From: Candidatus Saccharimonadales bacterium
GTDB lineage: Bacteria > Patescibacteriota > Saccharimonadia > Saccharimonadales > JACDFO01
Direction: 5' to 3'
Assembly (NCBI GenBank): GCA_038255465.1
Contig: JBBSLJ010000004.1
Coordinates: 6 to 64,005, forward strand
DNA length: 64,000 nucleotides
Below are positions 36,187-43,817 of this stretch, piece by piece. The notes below the pieces were generated by a model. That model was given only the letters and a program-made list of their open reading frames with translations. It was not told the origin of the DNA and made no database searches. The first letter of the stretch is position 1. Each line of letters opens with the position of its first letter. The translations under genes and the position numbers were made by a program.

Positions 36187-36555
36187 TTGCCCAATAGTGA
36201 GATTATTCAATTAATTATGAGTACTACGCCAGAGTCAATTGATCCTGAATCCGTGCAGAGGCTTGGTGTTGAGTGGGTGGAACAAGACGGCGGCGCTATT
36301 GTGTTGAGTCGGGCTGCTGAGGATGTTGGCGCCAGTGCCATGGCTTTCTTGCATGAGCATGATCCCGGCCCCCGCCAAAAGCGGGCTGTACTTTATGACC
36401 AAGACGCCGAAAATGATGATGACTTGGAGCCAATCACAAAAATTAAACCGATCTCAGAGCTTCTTGTTGAGACGGCCGCAGCCGCAGCTATTGGTTTTGC
36501 GTTTGCCTGGAGTGCGGATTTTTTGATCCGTATTCAGCGAAAGCCCCGACAATAA
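36187..36555 (+). CDS. Hypothetical protein with C-terminal TM segment
   Basis: ORF only; ATG 36217 is an alternative start. Confidence 0.5.
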   Translation: MPNSEIIQLIMSTTPESIDPESVQRLGVEWVEQDGGAIVLSRAAEDVGASAMAFLHEHDPGPRQKRAVLYDQDAENDDDLEPITKIKPISELLVETAAAAAIGFAFAWSADFLIRIQRKPRQ

Positions 36556-36585
36556 TACAGCAGAGTTACGGAGATCAGTTAGCCC

Positions 36586-37206
36586 ATGAACCCCATTCGT
36601 CAAGAAACGATAGAAACGTATGACCGGTCGGCAAGGCAATTATCTGAATACTTTCAAGGAATTGGGCCTCGGACAAAGTATATTGATCTCGCTTTTAAAT
36701 TGTCAGGATCTAGCAAGCCAAAAGTCGTTGAGATTGGCTGCGGGGACGGTCGGGATGCAAAAGAAATAGTGCAGTCCGCAGGTGAGTATATCGGATTTGA
36801 TATTTCACAGGGCATGATCAAAATCGCTAAACAAAATGTACCGGACGGTACATTTAAAATTGCCGACGCGCTAGATTTTAAGTATCCATCCGATACGGAC
36901 GTGGTCTTCGATTTTGCATCCTTGCTCCATTTGAGCCGCGAAGAGCTGAGAATTGTTTTTTATAAAGTAGCCGAATCACTTCGCCCAGGTGGAATCTTCT
37001 ATATTTCCACAAAGTATGCCCCTAGCTATCAACAGCAGATTAAGGAAGACCAGCACGGCCGTCGTCTCTTTTACTTATACAGCCCACAGGAACTTAAAGA
37101 ACTAGCCAGCGTTACTTTTGAAACAGTCTACGACGACATTGAGATAATCGGCACGACCAAGTGGGTTGAAATAGCCTTCCGTAAATCAGAAGCAGCAGAG
37201 TTGTAG
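36586..37206 (+). CDS. Class I SAM-dependent methyltransferase
   Basis: Motif I VVEIGCGDGRDA, motif post-I GFDIS. Confidence 0.8.
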   Translation: MNPIRQETIETYDRSARQLSEYFQGIGPRTKYIDLAFKLSGSSKPKVVEIGCGDGRDAKEIVQSAGEYIGFDISQGMIKIAKQNVPDGTFKIADALDFKYPSDTDVVFDFASLLHLSREELRIVFYKVAESLRPGGIFYISTKYAPSYQQQIKEDQHGRRLFYLYSPQELKELASVTFETVYDDIEIIGTTKWVEIAFRKSEAAEL

Positions 37207-37231
37207 TACAATACAAATATAAGAGGTAGCC

Positions 37232-37501
37232 ATGATTGGAATTAAAAATGTGCAGCAAGAACTGCACCATACAGAAAAAGAATTTATCCGCATTGTTAAA
37301 GAACTGAAAAAACAAGAAGAACTGGATCTGGAACGCGAGGGGCAAATTGTATCAGCCTTGCGGGCACACGCAGAAGGCGAGCAACAACTAAACAGGCAAA
37401 TGGGCCGGCTTATCCGCTCTACGACCGTCTTGGCTACGACACAAATTTTACTAGTTTTTATTTCGCTTGTTGTTGGTACCTACGTAGCCATAAATTTTTA
37501 G
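37232..37501 (+). CDS. Hypothetical small protein, coiled coil + C-terminal TM
   Basis: ORF with AGAGG SD upstream; no family recognised. Confidence 0.5.
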   Translation: MIGIKNVQQELHHTEKEFIRIVKELKKQEELDLEREGQIVSALRAHAEGEQQLNRQMGRLIRSTTVLATTQILLVFISLVVGTYVAINF

Positions 37502-37601
37502 TTTAAAGGACTTTAAAATTATAGTTTTGCTGCCGTTTAGTTTTATGGTCAGCGATTTCCGTAATCTTTAGATTTTGTCTAATAGGCTGTATTATTATCC
37601 T

Positions 37602-38132
37602 ATGAAACACTTGGAGGGTTTAGAAGAATACGCGCATGATTTAGAAGAATTTATTGATGCGCTTGCTTTGCCAGAAGAATGGTTTGCTGTTCCAGACCAT
37701 GTCGCGATTAAATGCGCCGACAGCGAGCATTTCGACACGGTACTTGAAGATTTTAAGGCCGACGCCGAGCAGATATCGTTTATAGAAATGAGTGATCGCC
37801 GTCTGGCTACCGTCAGTCTGATCTCCAGTATTTCAGTGGCTTCACTTGGGGAGGTGTCATTGGTTGAAGTTATGGAGCCAAAACCAGAAAAAGTGGGCAG
37901 AGATATCGTCGGGTTTGAGCACATGGAATTTTACTACCCAGATTTTGAGGAAGTCCGCGAGGTACTGCGATCAAGAAACCATCCGTTTGAGATGCAAGGA
38001 AATGCTGGGCATGCATGGGTAAACGTCATTATCAACCAGCAAGGGCAGGAGCTAAAGCTAAACGATTTAACTCTGGCCGAGACAATTGCTCACGAAACTC
38101 AAGCAAACCAGACGCACATTGTAAAATATTGA
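37602..38132 (+). CDS. YecM-like VOC-superfamily protein
   Basis: PDHVAIKC, LVEVMEPKPEK, GFEHMEF blocks parallel E. coli YecM (from memory). Confidence 0.6.
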   Translation: MKHLEGLEEYAHDLEEFIDALALPEEWFAVPDHVAIKCADSEHFDTVLEDFKADAEQISFIEMSDRRLATVSLISSISVASLGEVSLVEVMEPKPEKVGRDIVGFEHMEFYYPDFEEVREVLRSRNHPFEMQGNAGHAWVNVIINQQGQELKLNDLTLAETIAHETQANQTHIVKY

Positions 38133-38156
38133 CAACTGTGATATAATATACTGGTA

Positions 38157-38726
38157 ATGAAATATGTTTTAGGTGTTTTCGGGATCATAGTCTTACTATT
38201 GTTGATTATTATTCTAATTGTCAGAAGCGGACCCAGCAAGTCGGTGGGTGATGAACAAACCGGTAAACCTCAAATTTCTTTGGGAGACTACGAAAGTAAA
38301 TCAGCTACTGCGAGCATGACCGTTCGAGGTGATGTTACGGCCGATGAACTGCGCCGCGCTATTAAAATTAGCGTTTCACGCCAAGAGCGTGTTATCGAAG
38401 TCCTAGAAGGCTACGATGAAAAAGTGGTCAGTCGAACAACCTATCCGAACAACGAGGAAGCTTACAAAATTTTCTTAAGTGCACTGGCGAACGCCGGTTT
38501 TGAACGAGAAAAAGTGAGTAAAATTCAAGATGAGCGCGGTGTCTGCCCATTTGGCCGTCGCTACGTGTACCGTTTGCAAGATGGCAGTGATCAGGCTCTC
38601 CGTACCTGGAGTACAAGCTGTCGGCGTGAACACGGTACTTTTGGTGGTAATAGTAATGTTGTACGTCGACTGTTTGAGCAACAGATACCTGATTACCGCG
38701 ACCAAACACGCAACGTCAAACTATAG
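38157..38726 (+). CDS. Hypothetical membrane-anchored/secreted protein
   Basis: N-terminal TM VLGVFGIIVLLLLIIILIV; extended -10 TGATATAAT at 38139-38147. Confidence 0.6.
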   Translation: MKYVLGVFGIIVLLLLIIILIVRSGPSKSVGDEQTGKPQISLGDYESKSATASMTVRGDVTADELRRAIKISVSRQERVIEVLEGYDEKVVSRTTYPNNEEAYKIFLSALANAGFEREKVSKIQDERGVCPFGRRYVYRLQDGSDQALRTWSTSCRREHGTFGGNSNVVRRLFEQQIPDYRDQTRNVKL

Positions 38727-38809
38727 TTTAGCTTCCTGTTCATAACTACTTGTGTTTAACCGCAAGCAGGCGTATTACAAGTACAATACGTAATTCAAAA
38801 AAGTGAAAC

Positions 38810-39538
38810 ATGGAAACAATTTCCGTCCCGGAAGTGGACGAAGCAGAACTGCTAAAACACCTTAATCGAGAAATCTCACCTCTAGCATGTATTGCGCTTG
38901 AGCGCCGAGAAAAAGGCTTTGACACCACCTATGACCATTTTAAATATGATTATTTCGGTCATCCGTATGTACGTGCGTATCCAGAGCTAGTACGATACCA
39001 TTCACTTGCCGGAGAGCAGCGTTACGATCGTCCTATTGTTTCAAGCTATAGCAAGCAGGGTAGTCTAGTTCAGGTCCGTGAAACTCAAGGCAGAAACAAA
39101 AAAAATCGTGCTGCCGACTTCTTCGTCGTGACTGCCAACTTACATACACGCCAAACAGTCGAATGGAACGTAGTTCAGGCTACTTTCACGGGGCGGGGCG
39201 ATAGCTTGCAGGCTGAGCTGATAGTAAGCGATCAACCTTTTGGCTCGCCTGAGGTTGTTCAAGAGCTTGACAAGCCCGTTGACCCACTTTATGAAATGCT
39301 CGCACGTAAAATCCGGCAACAAAAAGATCAGGAAGCCACGGATTCCCGCACAAAAGTCGTATTAACTAGCCAAGGTTGTTGGTTCTGCCCAGCGGGGCAG
39401 CAAGCTGAACCCTTAGCACCAATAGGCGAGCTTATCCAAAAAGTTGACAGGCTGTATGCTAAATTCGGTCACCTGGCTCTGTTGCATGTTTCCGCGTCAG
39501 AAGCCGGCGGCCAATTAACTGATACAATAGCAGCGTGA
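38810..39538 (+). CDS. Hypothetical protein, 242 aa
   Basis: ORF only; no family recognised. Confidence 0.55.
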   Translation: METISVPEVDEAELLKHLNREISPLACIALERREKGFDTTYDHFKYDYFGHPYVRAYPELVRYHSLAGEQRYDRPIVSSYSKQGSLVQVRETQGRNKKNRAADFFVVTANLHTRQTVEWNVVQATFTGRGDSLQAELIVSDQPFGSPEVVQELDKPVDPLYEMLARKIRQQKDQEATDSRTKVVLTSQGCWFCPAGQQAEPLAPIGELIQKVDRLYAKFGHLALLHVSASEAGGQLTDTIAA

Positions 39539-40107
39539 TTAAAGCAGTTATCTTTGATTGTTTTGGCGTTCTGACTACAGATACGTGGTTGGCGTTTTTG
39601 GATAATTTACCAGGTGGTGCGAATATTGAAGCCGCCCATGATCTGCACCGGGCTTACAATGCCGGCCTAATTAGTAACACCGAATTTTTAGAAGGCATGC
39701 AAAAAACCATAGGTCAAACGCCGCCGCAGGTTGAAGACAAACTAGCTAATGAAACCGTTAAGAATACAGCACTGCTTGATTACATCTGCGAACTTAAAAA
39801 AGACTACAAAATTGGGCTGCTTAGCAATGTGGCAAACTCCTGGATCACCGACGCATTGCTAACAACAGAAGAGCAGGCGCTATTTGATTCAATGATATTT
39901 AGCTATCAGGTTGGTATGACAAAGCCCGACCCCCGTATTTTTATACTGGCCTGCCAGCGCTTAGGTGTTAGTACGGATGAAGCGGTACTGGTTGACGATA
40001 TTGAACGCTACTGCAATGCTGCAAAGGCCGAAGGCTTGCAGGCTATCCCATATCAAAACTTACACCAGCTAAAACAGCAGCTAGAAAAACTTTTATACTC
40101 CATATGA
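39535..40107 (+). CDS. HAD-superfamily hydrolase (subfamily IA-like)
   Basis: Motif I VIFDCFGVLT, motif II LLSN, motif IV LVDDI; GTG start overlaps the upstream stop. Confidence 0.75.
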   Translation: MIKAVIFDCFGVLTTDTWLAFLDNLPGGANIEAAHDLHRAYNAGLISNTEFLEGMQKTIGQTPPQVEDKLANETVKNTALLDYICELKKDYKIGLLSNVANSWITDALLTTEEQALFDSMIFSYQVGMTKPDPRIFILACQRLGVSTDEAVLVDDIERYCNAAKAEGLQAIPYQNLHQLKQQLEKLLYSI

Positions 40108-40115
40108 TATAAAAT

Positions 40116-40148
40116 AACTACCCGGTAAAGGGTAGTTTAGTGCTTTTT
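40116..40148 (+). terminator. Rho-independent terminator after the HAD gene
   Basis: AACTACCC-GGTAAA-GGGTAGTT stem-loop followed by TAGTGCTTTTT. Confidence 0.75.
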
Positions 40149-40235
40149 ATCACAAGTTTGAGATTAGGGTTGACTCGTCCTAAGCACAAGCGTATACCGG
40201 TAAGTAGGCATAAATATAATCAAGGAATAACAAAC

Positions 40236-40496
40236 ATGAACACGTCACCAGAAAGTTCTGTAAGACTTGTAAGTGCTGTTGAGTTAAGCGATCAAGCCAG
40301 AGACGCAGCTGTATGGGCAAGCCTTCAAACTCACGATGAGGTTGTTAAGGGTAAAGGAGCTTGGGACCCCGAAGTCTGGCAGGAACTTGAAAGGCCCACT
40401 AACCCCGATAACCCTCCTAAGTTATTCTTACTGGACACCATCAGTGGCAGAGCACGTCTGGTTCCTCATATCGGCGCTACAAGTCTAGCTAGTTAA
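40236..40496 (+). CDS. Hypothetical small protein, 86 aa
   Basis: ATG 40236 preceded by AAGGA; the ORF upstream part (from 40140) overlaps the terminator. Confidence 0.45.
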   Translation: MNTSPESSVRLVSAVELSDQARDAAVWASLQTHDEVVKGKGAWDPEVWQELERPTNPDNPPKLFLLDTISGRARLVPHIGATSLAS

Positions 40497-40737
40497 TTCT
40501 GATTATCAATCGTTTTTCTGTTTGACACAATTTGCGCAGTTCCGGCAGGCGCATGCGCAGTGTGCCCGCCAAAGCTGCACCCGAGACTTGAATTATAATT
40601 TCGTTTTGCTGGCTTTTAACGGCACAAGTACAACCGTAACTATCCCATATAAATTTTTTTATAACCTTAACCTCGGGCGGTTCATCGAAATCACGTTTTT
40701 GCAGTAAATCGCCAATACTATCTGTCATGTCATGCAT
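40489..40737 (-). CDS. DUF721 (DciA-like) domain protein
   Basis: IKKFIWDSYG...IIIQVSGAALAGTLRMRLPELRKL resembles the DUF721 pattern (from memory). Confidence 0.45.
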   Translation of the reverse strand: MHDMTDSIGDLLQKRDFDEPPEVKVIKKFIWDSYGCTCAVKSQQNEIIIQVSGAALAGTLRMRLPELRKLCQTEKRLIIRIN

Positions 40738-40770
40738 TATACAGAGGTAGGTCAGGGTATAATAGGCGCT

Positions 40771-41739
40771 ATGCCAGAGTTACCAGAGGTTGAAACAGTT
40801 AAAACAGGTCTAGCCAGACTTATTGTCGGCAATAAAATTACTGCAACCTGGCACGATACCGCCAAGGGTTTTCCGAATGCCCCAGATGATGTGGCGCAAT
40901 TTCTGGTTGGAAGTAAGGTTATTGAGATCAAACGCCGCGCAAAAGTCTTATTAATTGAACTCGACAGCAGCTACTCACTAATGATCCATCTTAAGATGAC
41001 CGGCCAACTCGTTTTTGTGGCCAAAAACTTGGTAAATGGTAGTAGGTATAAAGTAAATGGTAGAGCTCCAGAAGACCAAACTACCAACTACCACTTACCA
41101 AATATCAAGGACGAAGTCCGTTTTGGGGCAGGACACCCTAATGACTCGTTAATAAACGACCTGCCGGATAAATCTACGCGAGTAATTTTTGATTTTGATG
41201 ACGGCAGTAAATTGTTTTTTAATGACCAACGCAAATTTGGGTGGGTAAAACTATTGCCAACAACCGAGGTACCAAACATAGATTTTATGAAGAGGGTAGG
41301 GCCCGAACCTTTGGGATCTGATTTTACTTCTAGTCAGTTCCGAGGGCGCATTAGACGACGTGCAAATACTAACATCAAAGCCGTACTTTTGGATCAGACG
41401 GTCATTGCCGGAGTTGGCAACATTTATGCTGATGAGTCCTTGTGGGGCGCCAAAATTCATCCAACCAGTCTCGTAAAAAACATCGGTGATGCAAAGCTGA
41501 ACACATTATTTAATGAACTTCGTTCGGTACTTGAGCTGGCTATAGCAAAGGGCGGATCAAGCAACCATACGTACGTAAATGCGGAGGGCAAAAAAGGTAG
41601 CTACATGAGCTTTGCCCGTGTCTTTAGGCGTGAAAAACTGCCGTGCCCGCGCTGCGGTACAGGCATAGAAAAGTCCCGCGTCGCGGGACGCGGGACTCAT
41701 ACCTGCCCTAAGTGTCAAAAGCCTAGCGCTTTTTCTTAG
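40771..41739 (+). CDS. mutM: Formamidopyrimidine-DNA glycosylase with internal insertion
   Basis: N-terminal MPELPEVETV, H2TH region, C-terminal zinc finger CPRCG...CPKCQ; TATAAT 40758-40763 lies 7 nt upstream of the ATG. Confidence 0.93.
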   Translation: MPELPEVETVKTGLARLIVGNKITATWHDTAKGFPNAPDDVAQFLVGSKVIEIKRRAKVLLIELDSSYSLMIHLKMTGQLVFVAKNLVNGSRYKVNGRAPEDQTTNYHLPNIKDEVRFGAGHPNDSLINDLPDKSTRVIFDFDDGSKLFFNDQRKFGWVKLLPTTEVPNIDFMKRVGPEPLGSDFTSSQFRGRIRRRANTNIKAVLLDQTVIAGVGNIYADESLWGAKIHPTSLVKNIGDAKLNTLFNELRSVLELAIAKGGSSNHTYVNAEGKKGSYMSFARVFRREKLPCPRCGTGIEKSRVAGRGTHTCPKCQKPSAFS

Positions 41740-42211
41740 CGGACTTCTTTGTTTGCGGTTCGATAAACCTTTTGTGTGCCAATACAACTGAACTTACAAG
41801 TAAGAGCGTAACGGCAAGAAATCGCAGTAAATCATGATCGGCCATACTGGCGGTGATTACTGCGTATAAACTTGTGGCCACGCCTCCCAGCGAGAAGCCT
41901 TCGCCGACTACATCGGACCGGCGTTTTATGAGTAACAGGCCAAGACCCGTAACTACTACTGCAGAAGCTAGGACTATATAGGTAACATTCTTGTTTTGCT
42001 CCTTTTGTTTGTCCTGAAACTGCCGCCACTTTTTATCGTTTTCTTGCTGCTCTTTGTTTAATTGCTCATCAGATGCATTCGAGCTAAACGACTGGAAGCC
42101 TGGGTCAGGAAACTCTGGCCCCGGGTAAACCGTATGTGCCCCAACGCCAATAAAGGCGACTACCGCACCGGCAATTAATAATGAGTAGAGTAAACGGATT
42201 AAAGCATTCAA
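41723..42211 (-). CDS. Hypothetical membrane protein (4 TM)
   Basis: ORF with hydrophobic segments; 3' end overlaps the mutM 3' end. Confidence 0.6.
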   Translation of the reverse strand: MNALIRLLYSLLIAGAVVAFIGVGAHTVYPGPEFPDPGFQSFSSNASDEQLNKEQQENDKKWRQFQDKQKEQNKNVTYIVLASAVVVTGLGLLLIKRRSDVVGEGFSLGGVATSLYAVITASMADHDLLRFLAVTLLLVSSVVLAHKRFIEPQTKKSAKKKR

Positions 42212-42290
42212 CTTTAAACTCCTTGTATTAATTTATATCCTAAATATACACCCTGAGTTACGTAGCTAAAACTGTTATCATAGCCTCACT

Positions 42291-43214
42291 ATGATTGTCA
42301 CGCTAACGGGAGCCAATAGTTTTACATTGCAACAGGAGCTACGGCGGATTGTTGATGCATTTGTGTCGGAGCATAGCGATATGGGGCTGGAGCGACTGGA
42401 CGGGGAAGAAGCTGATTATGATCGTATACGTGAAAGTTTAGAGAGCTTGCCATTTTTGGCCGCAAAGAAGCTGGTAGTGCTACGGGCCGGTGGTGCCAAT
42501 AAACAGTTCGCTGAAAATGCTGAAAGGCTGCTAAGGGAACTGTCCGAAACGACTGATTTAGTGCTGGTTGAACCAAAACTAGACAAAAGACTGGCCTACT
42601 ACAAACTGCTCAAAAAGGTAACTGATTATGAAGAATTCAACGAACTCGATGGGGCAGGATTAGCCAGATGGTTGGTTAGCGAGGCTAAGCTTCAAAACGG
42701 TGAGCTGACGCAGCCAGACGCCAATTTGCTTGTTAACCGTGTGGGCGTCAATCAACAGCTGCTGTCTAGTGAGCTTGCTAAACTGTTGCTGTATAACAAA
42801 AAAATCAACAAAGAATCGATATTGCTACTAACCGAACAAACACCCTTAAGCACTATTTTTGATCTGTTAGATGCAAGCTTAAACGGCCGAACTAAGCAGG
42901 CTTTGGAGTTGTATGAGGAACAGCGTCAACAAAAAATTGAACCGGTGCAAATTATTGCGCTTCTGGCCTGGCAATTACACGTTCTTGCGCTTATAAAAAC
43001 GGCTGGAGACCGTGATGTCCAGGCTATTGCAAGTCAAGCCAAAATTAATCCGTTTGTGGTCCGAAAGAGCATGGCCATCGCCAGCAAGCTGACGCTTAAT
43101 CAGCTCAAGGCGCTTGTAAGCGAGGTCCGCACGCTCGATCTGCGCTTAAAATCAGAATCCATCGACCCCGACGAAGCCATGCGGCATTTGCTTCTCCAAA
43201 TGGGAAGGTTTTAG
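42291..43214 (+). CDS. holA: DNA polymerase III delta subunit
   Basis: Length and LFLAAKKLVVLR...QLLSSELAKL pattern typical of HolA; extended -10 TGTTATCAT lies 9 nt upstream of the ATG. Confidence 0.8.
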   Translation: MIVTLTGANSFTLQQELRRIVDAFVSEHSDMGLERLDGEEADYDRIRESLESLPFLAAKKLVVLRAGGANKQFAENAERLLRELSETTDLVLVEPKLDKRLAYYKLLKKVTDYEEFNELDGAGLARWLVSEAKLQNGELTQPDANLLVNRVGVNQQLLSSELAKLLLYNKKINKESILLLTEQTPLSTIFDLLDASLNGRTKQALELYEEQRQQKIEPVQIIALLAWQLHVLALIKTAGDRDVQAIASQAKINPFVVRKSMAIASKLTLNQLKALVSEVRTLDLRLKSESIDPDEAMRHLLLQMGRF

Positions 43215-43235
43215 GTGCTAGATTCGAGGTTCTAG
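43206..43235 (+). repeat. Repeat family 2, copy R3a (includes the holA stop codon)
   Basis: AGGTTTTAGGTGCTAGATTCGAGGTTCTAG shares AGGTTTTAGG and GGTGCTAG-TT with R1/R2. Confidence 0.6.
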
Positions 43236-43267
43236 AAAAAAAGAAGAACCCGCTCAGAGGAGCGGGT
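43236..43267 (-). terminator. Rho-independent terminator of rpsT
   Basis: Stem ACCCGCTC/GAGCGGGT (43248-43255 / 43260-43267), followed on the minus strand by TCTTCTTTTTTT. Confidence 0.8.
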
Positions 43268-43303
43268 AACTATAACCTAACCACTAAAACCTATAACCTA
43301 AAA
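43268..43303 (-). repeat. Repeat family 2, copy R3b (inverted relative to R3a)
   Basis: Reverse complement CTTTTAGGTTATAGGTTTTAGTGGTTAGGTTATAGTT matches TTTTAGGTTATAGGT...TAGGTT.TAG of R2. Confidence 0.6.
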
Positions 43304-43304
43304 G

Positions 43305-43679
43305 TTACTTTTTAGTAACTTTTTTTGCTGTAGTCTTCTTTACAGCTGGTTTCTTAGCTGGCGCGGCTTTCTTTACGGGTGCTTTTTTAACAGCAGTGGC
43401 TTTTTTGGCCGTACCAGCTGTTTTGACGTTGGCTTTTTTAGCCGCTGCAGCTAGTTGCTTCTTTTTGCGGGCAACTTTATTCTTGTGCATGACTTTCTTT
43501 TTACCGGCTTTGTCGAGCGCGCTTTGTGCTTTAGCGTGAGCGCTTGCACCATTTTTGCCAGTTAGGCTGGCGTGAAATGCTTTAACCGCAGACTTTAGGC
43601 TGCGCTTTGTTTTGACGTTACGAGTAGTGGCTTTCTTAGCAACTTTGACTCGCTTTTTGGCTGATTTGATAATTGGCAT
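43305..43679 (-). CDS. rpsT: Ribosomal protein S20 with Lys/Ala-rich C-terminal extension
   Basis: MPIIKSAKKRVKVAKKATTRN S20 N-terminus; residues from about 87 to 124 are AKKA/VKK repeats. Confidence 0.9.
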   Translation of the reverse strand: MPIIKSAKKRVKVAKKATTRNVKTKRSLKSAVKAFHASLTGKNGASAHAKAQSALDKAGKKKVMHKNKVARKKKQLAAAAKKANVKTAGTAKKATAVKKAPVKKAAPAKKPAVKKTTAKKVTKK

Positions 43680-43817
43680 GTGGACCCTCTTATGTTTATT
43701 GCTTATCAGATTGATGATACAGATAAGGCCCTGCTTTGTAAAGAAACTGTGGGTAAACTGTGGACAATGCTTGTGCTATATGATACTCTCGGCAACAGAG
43801 GTTATAGAAACCAAAAA

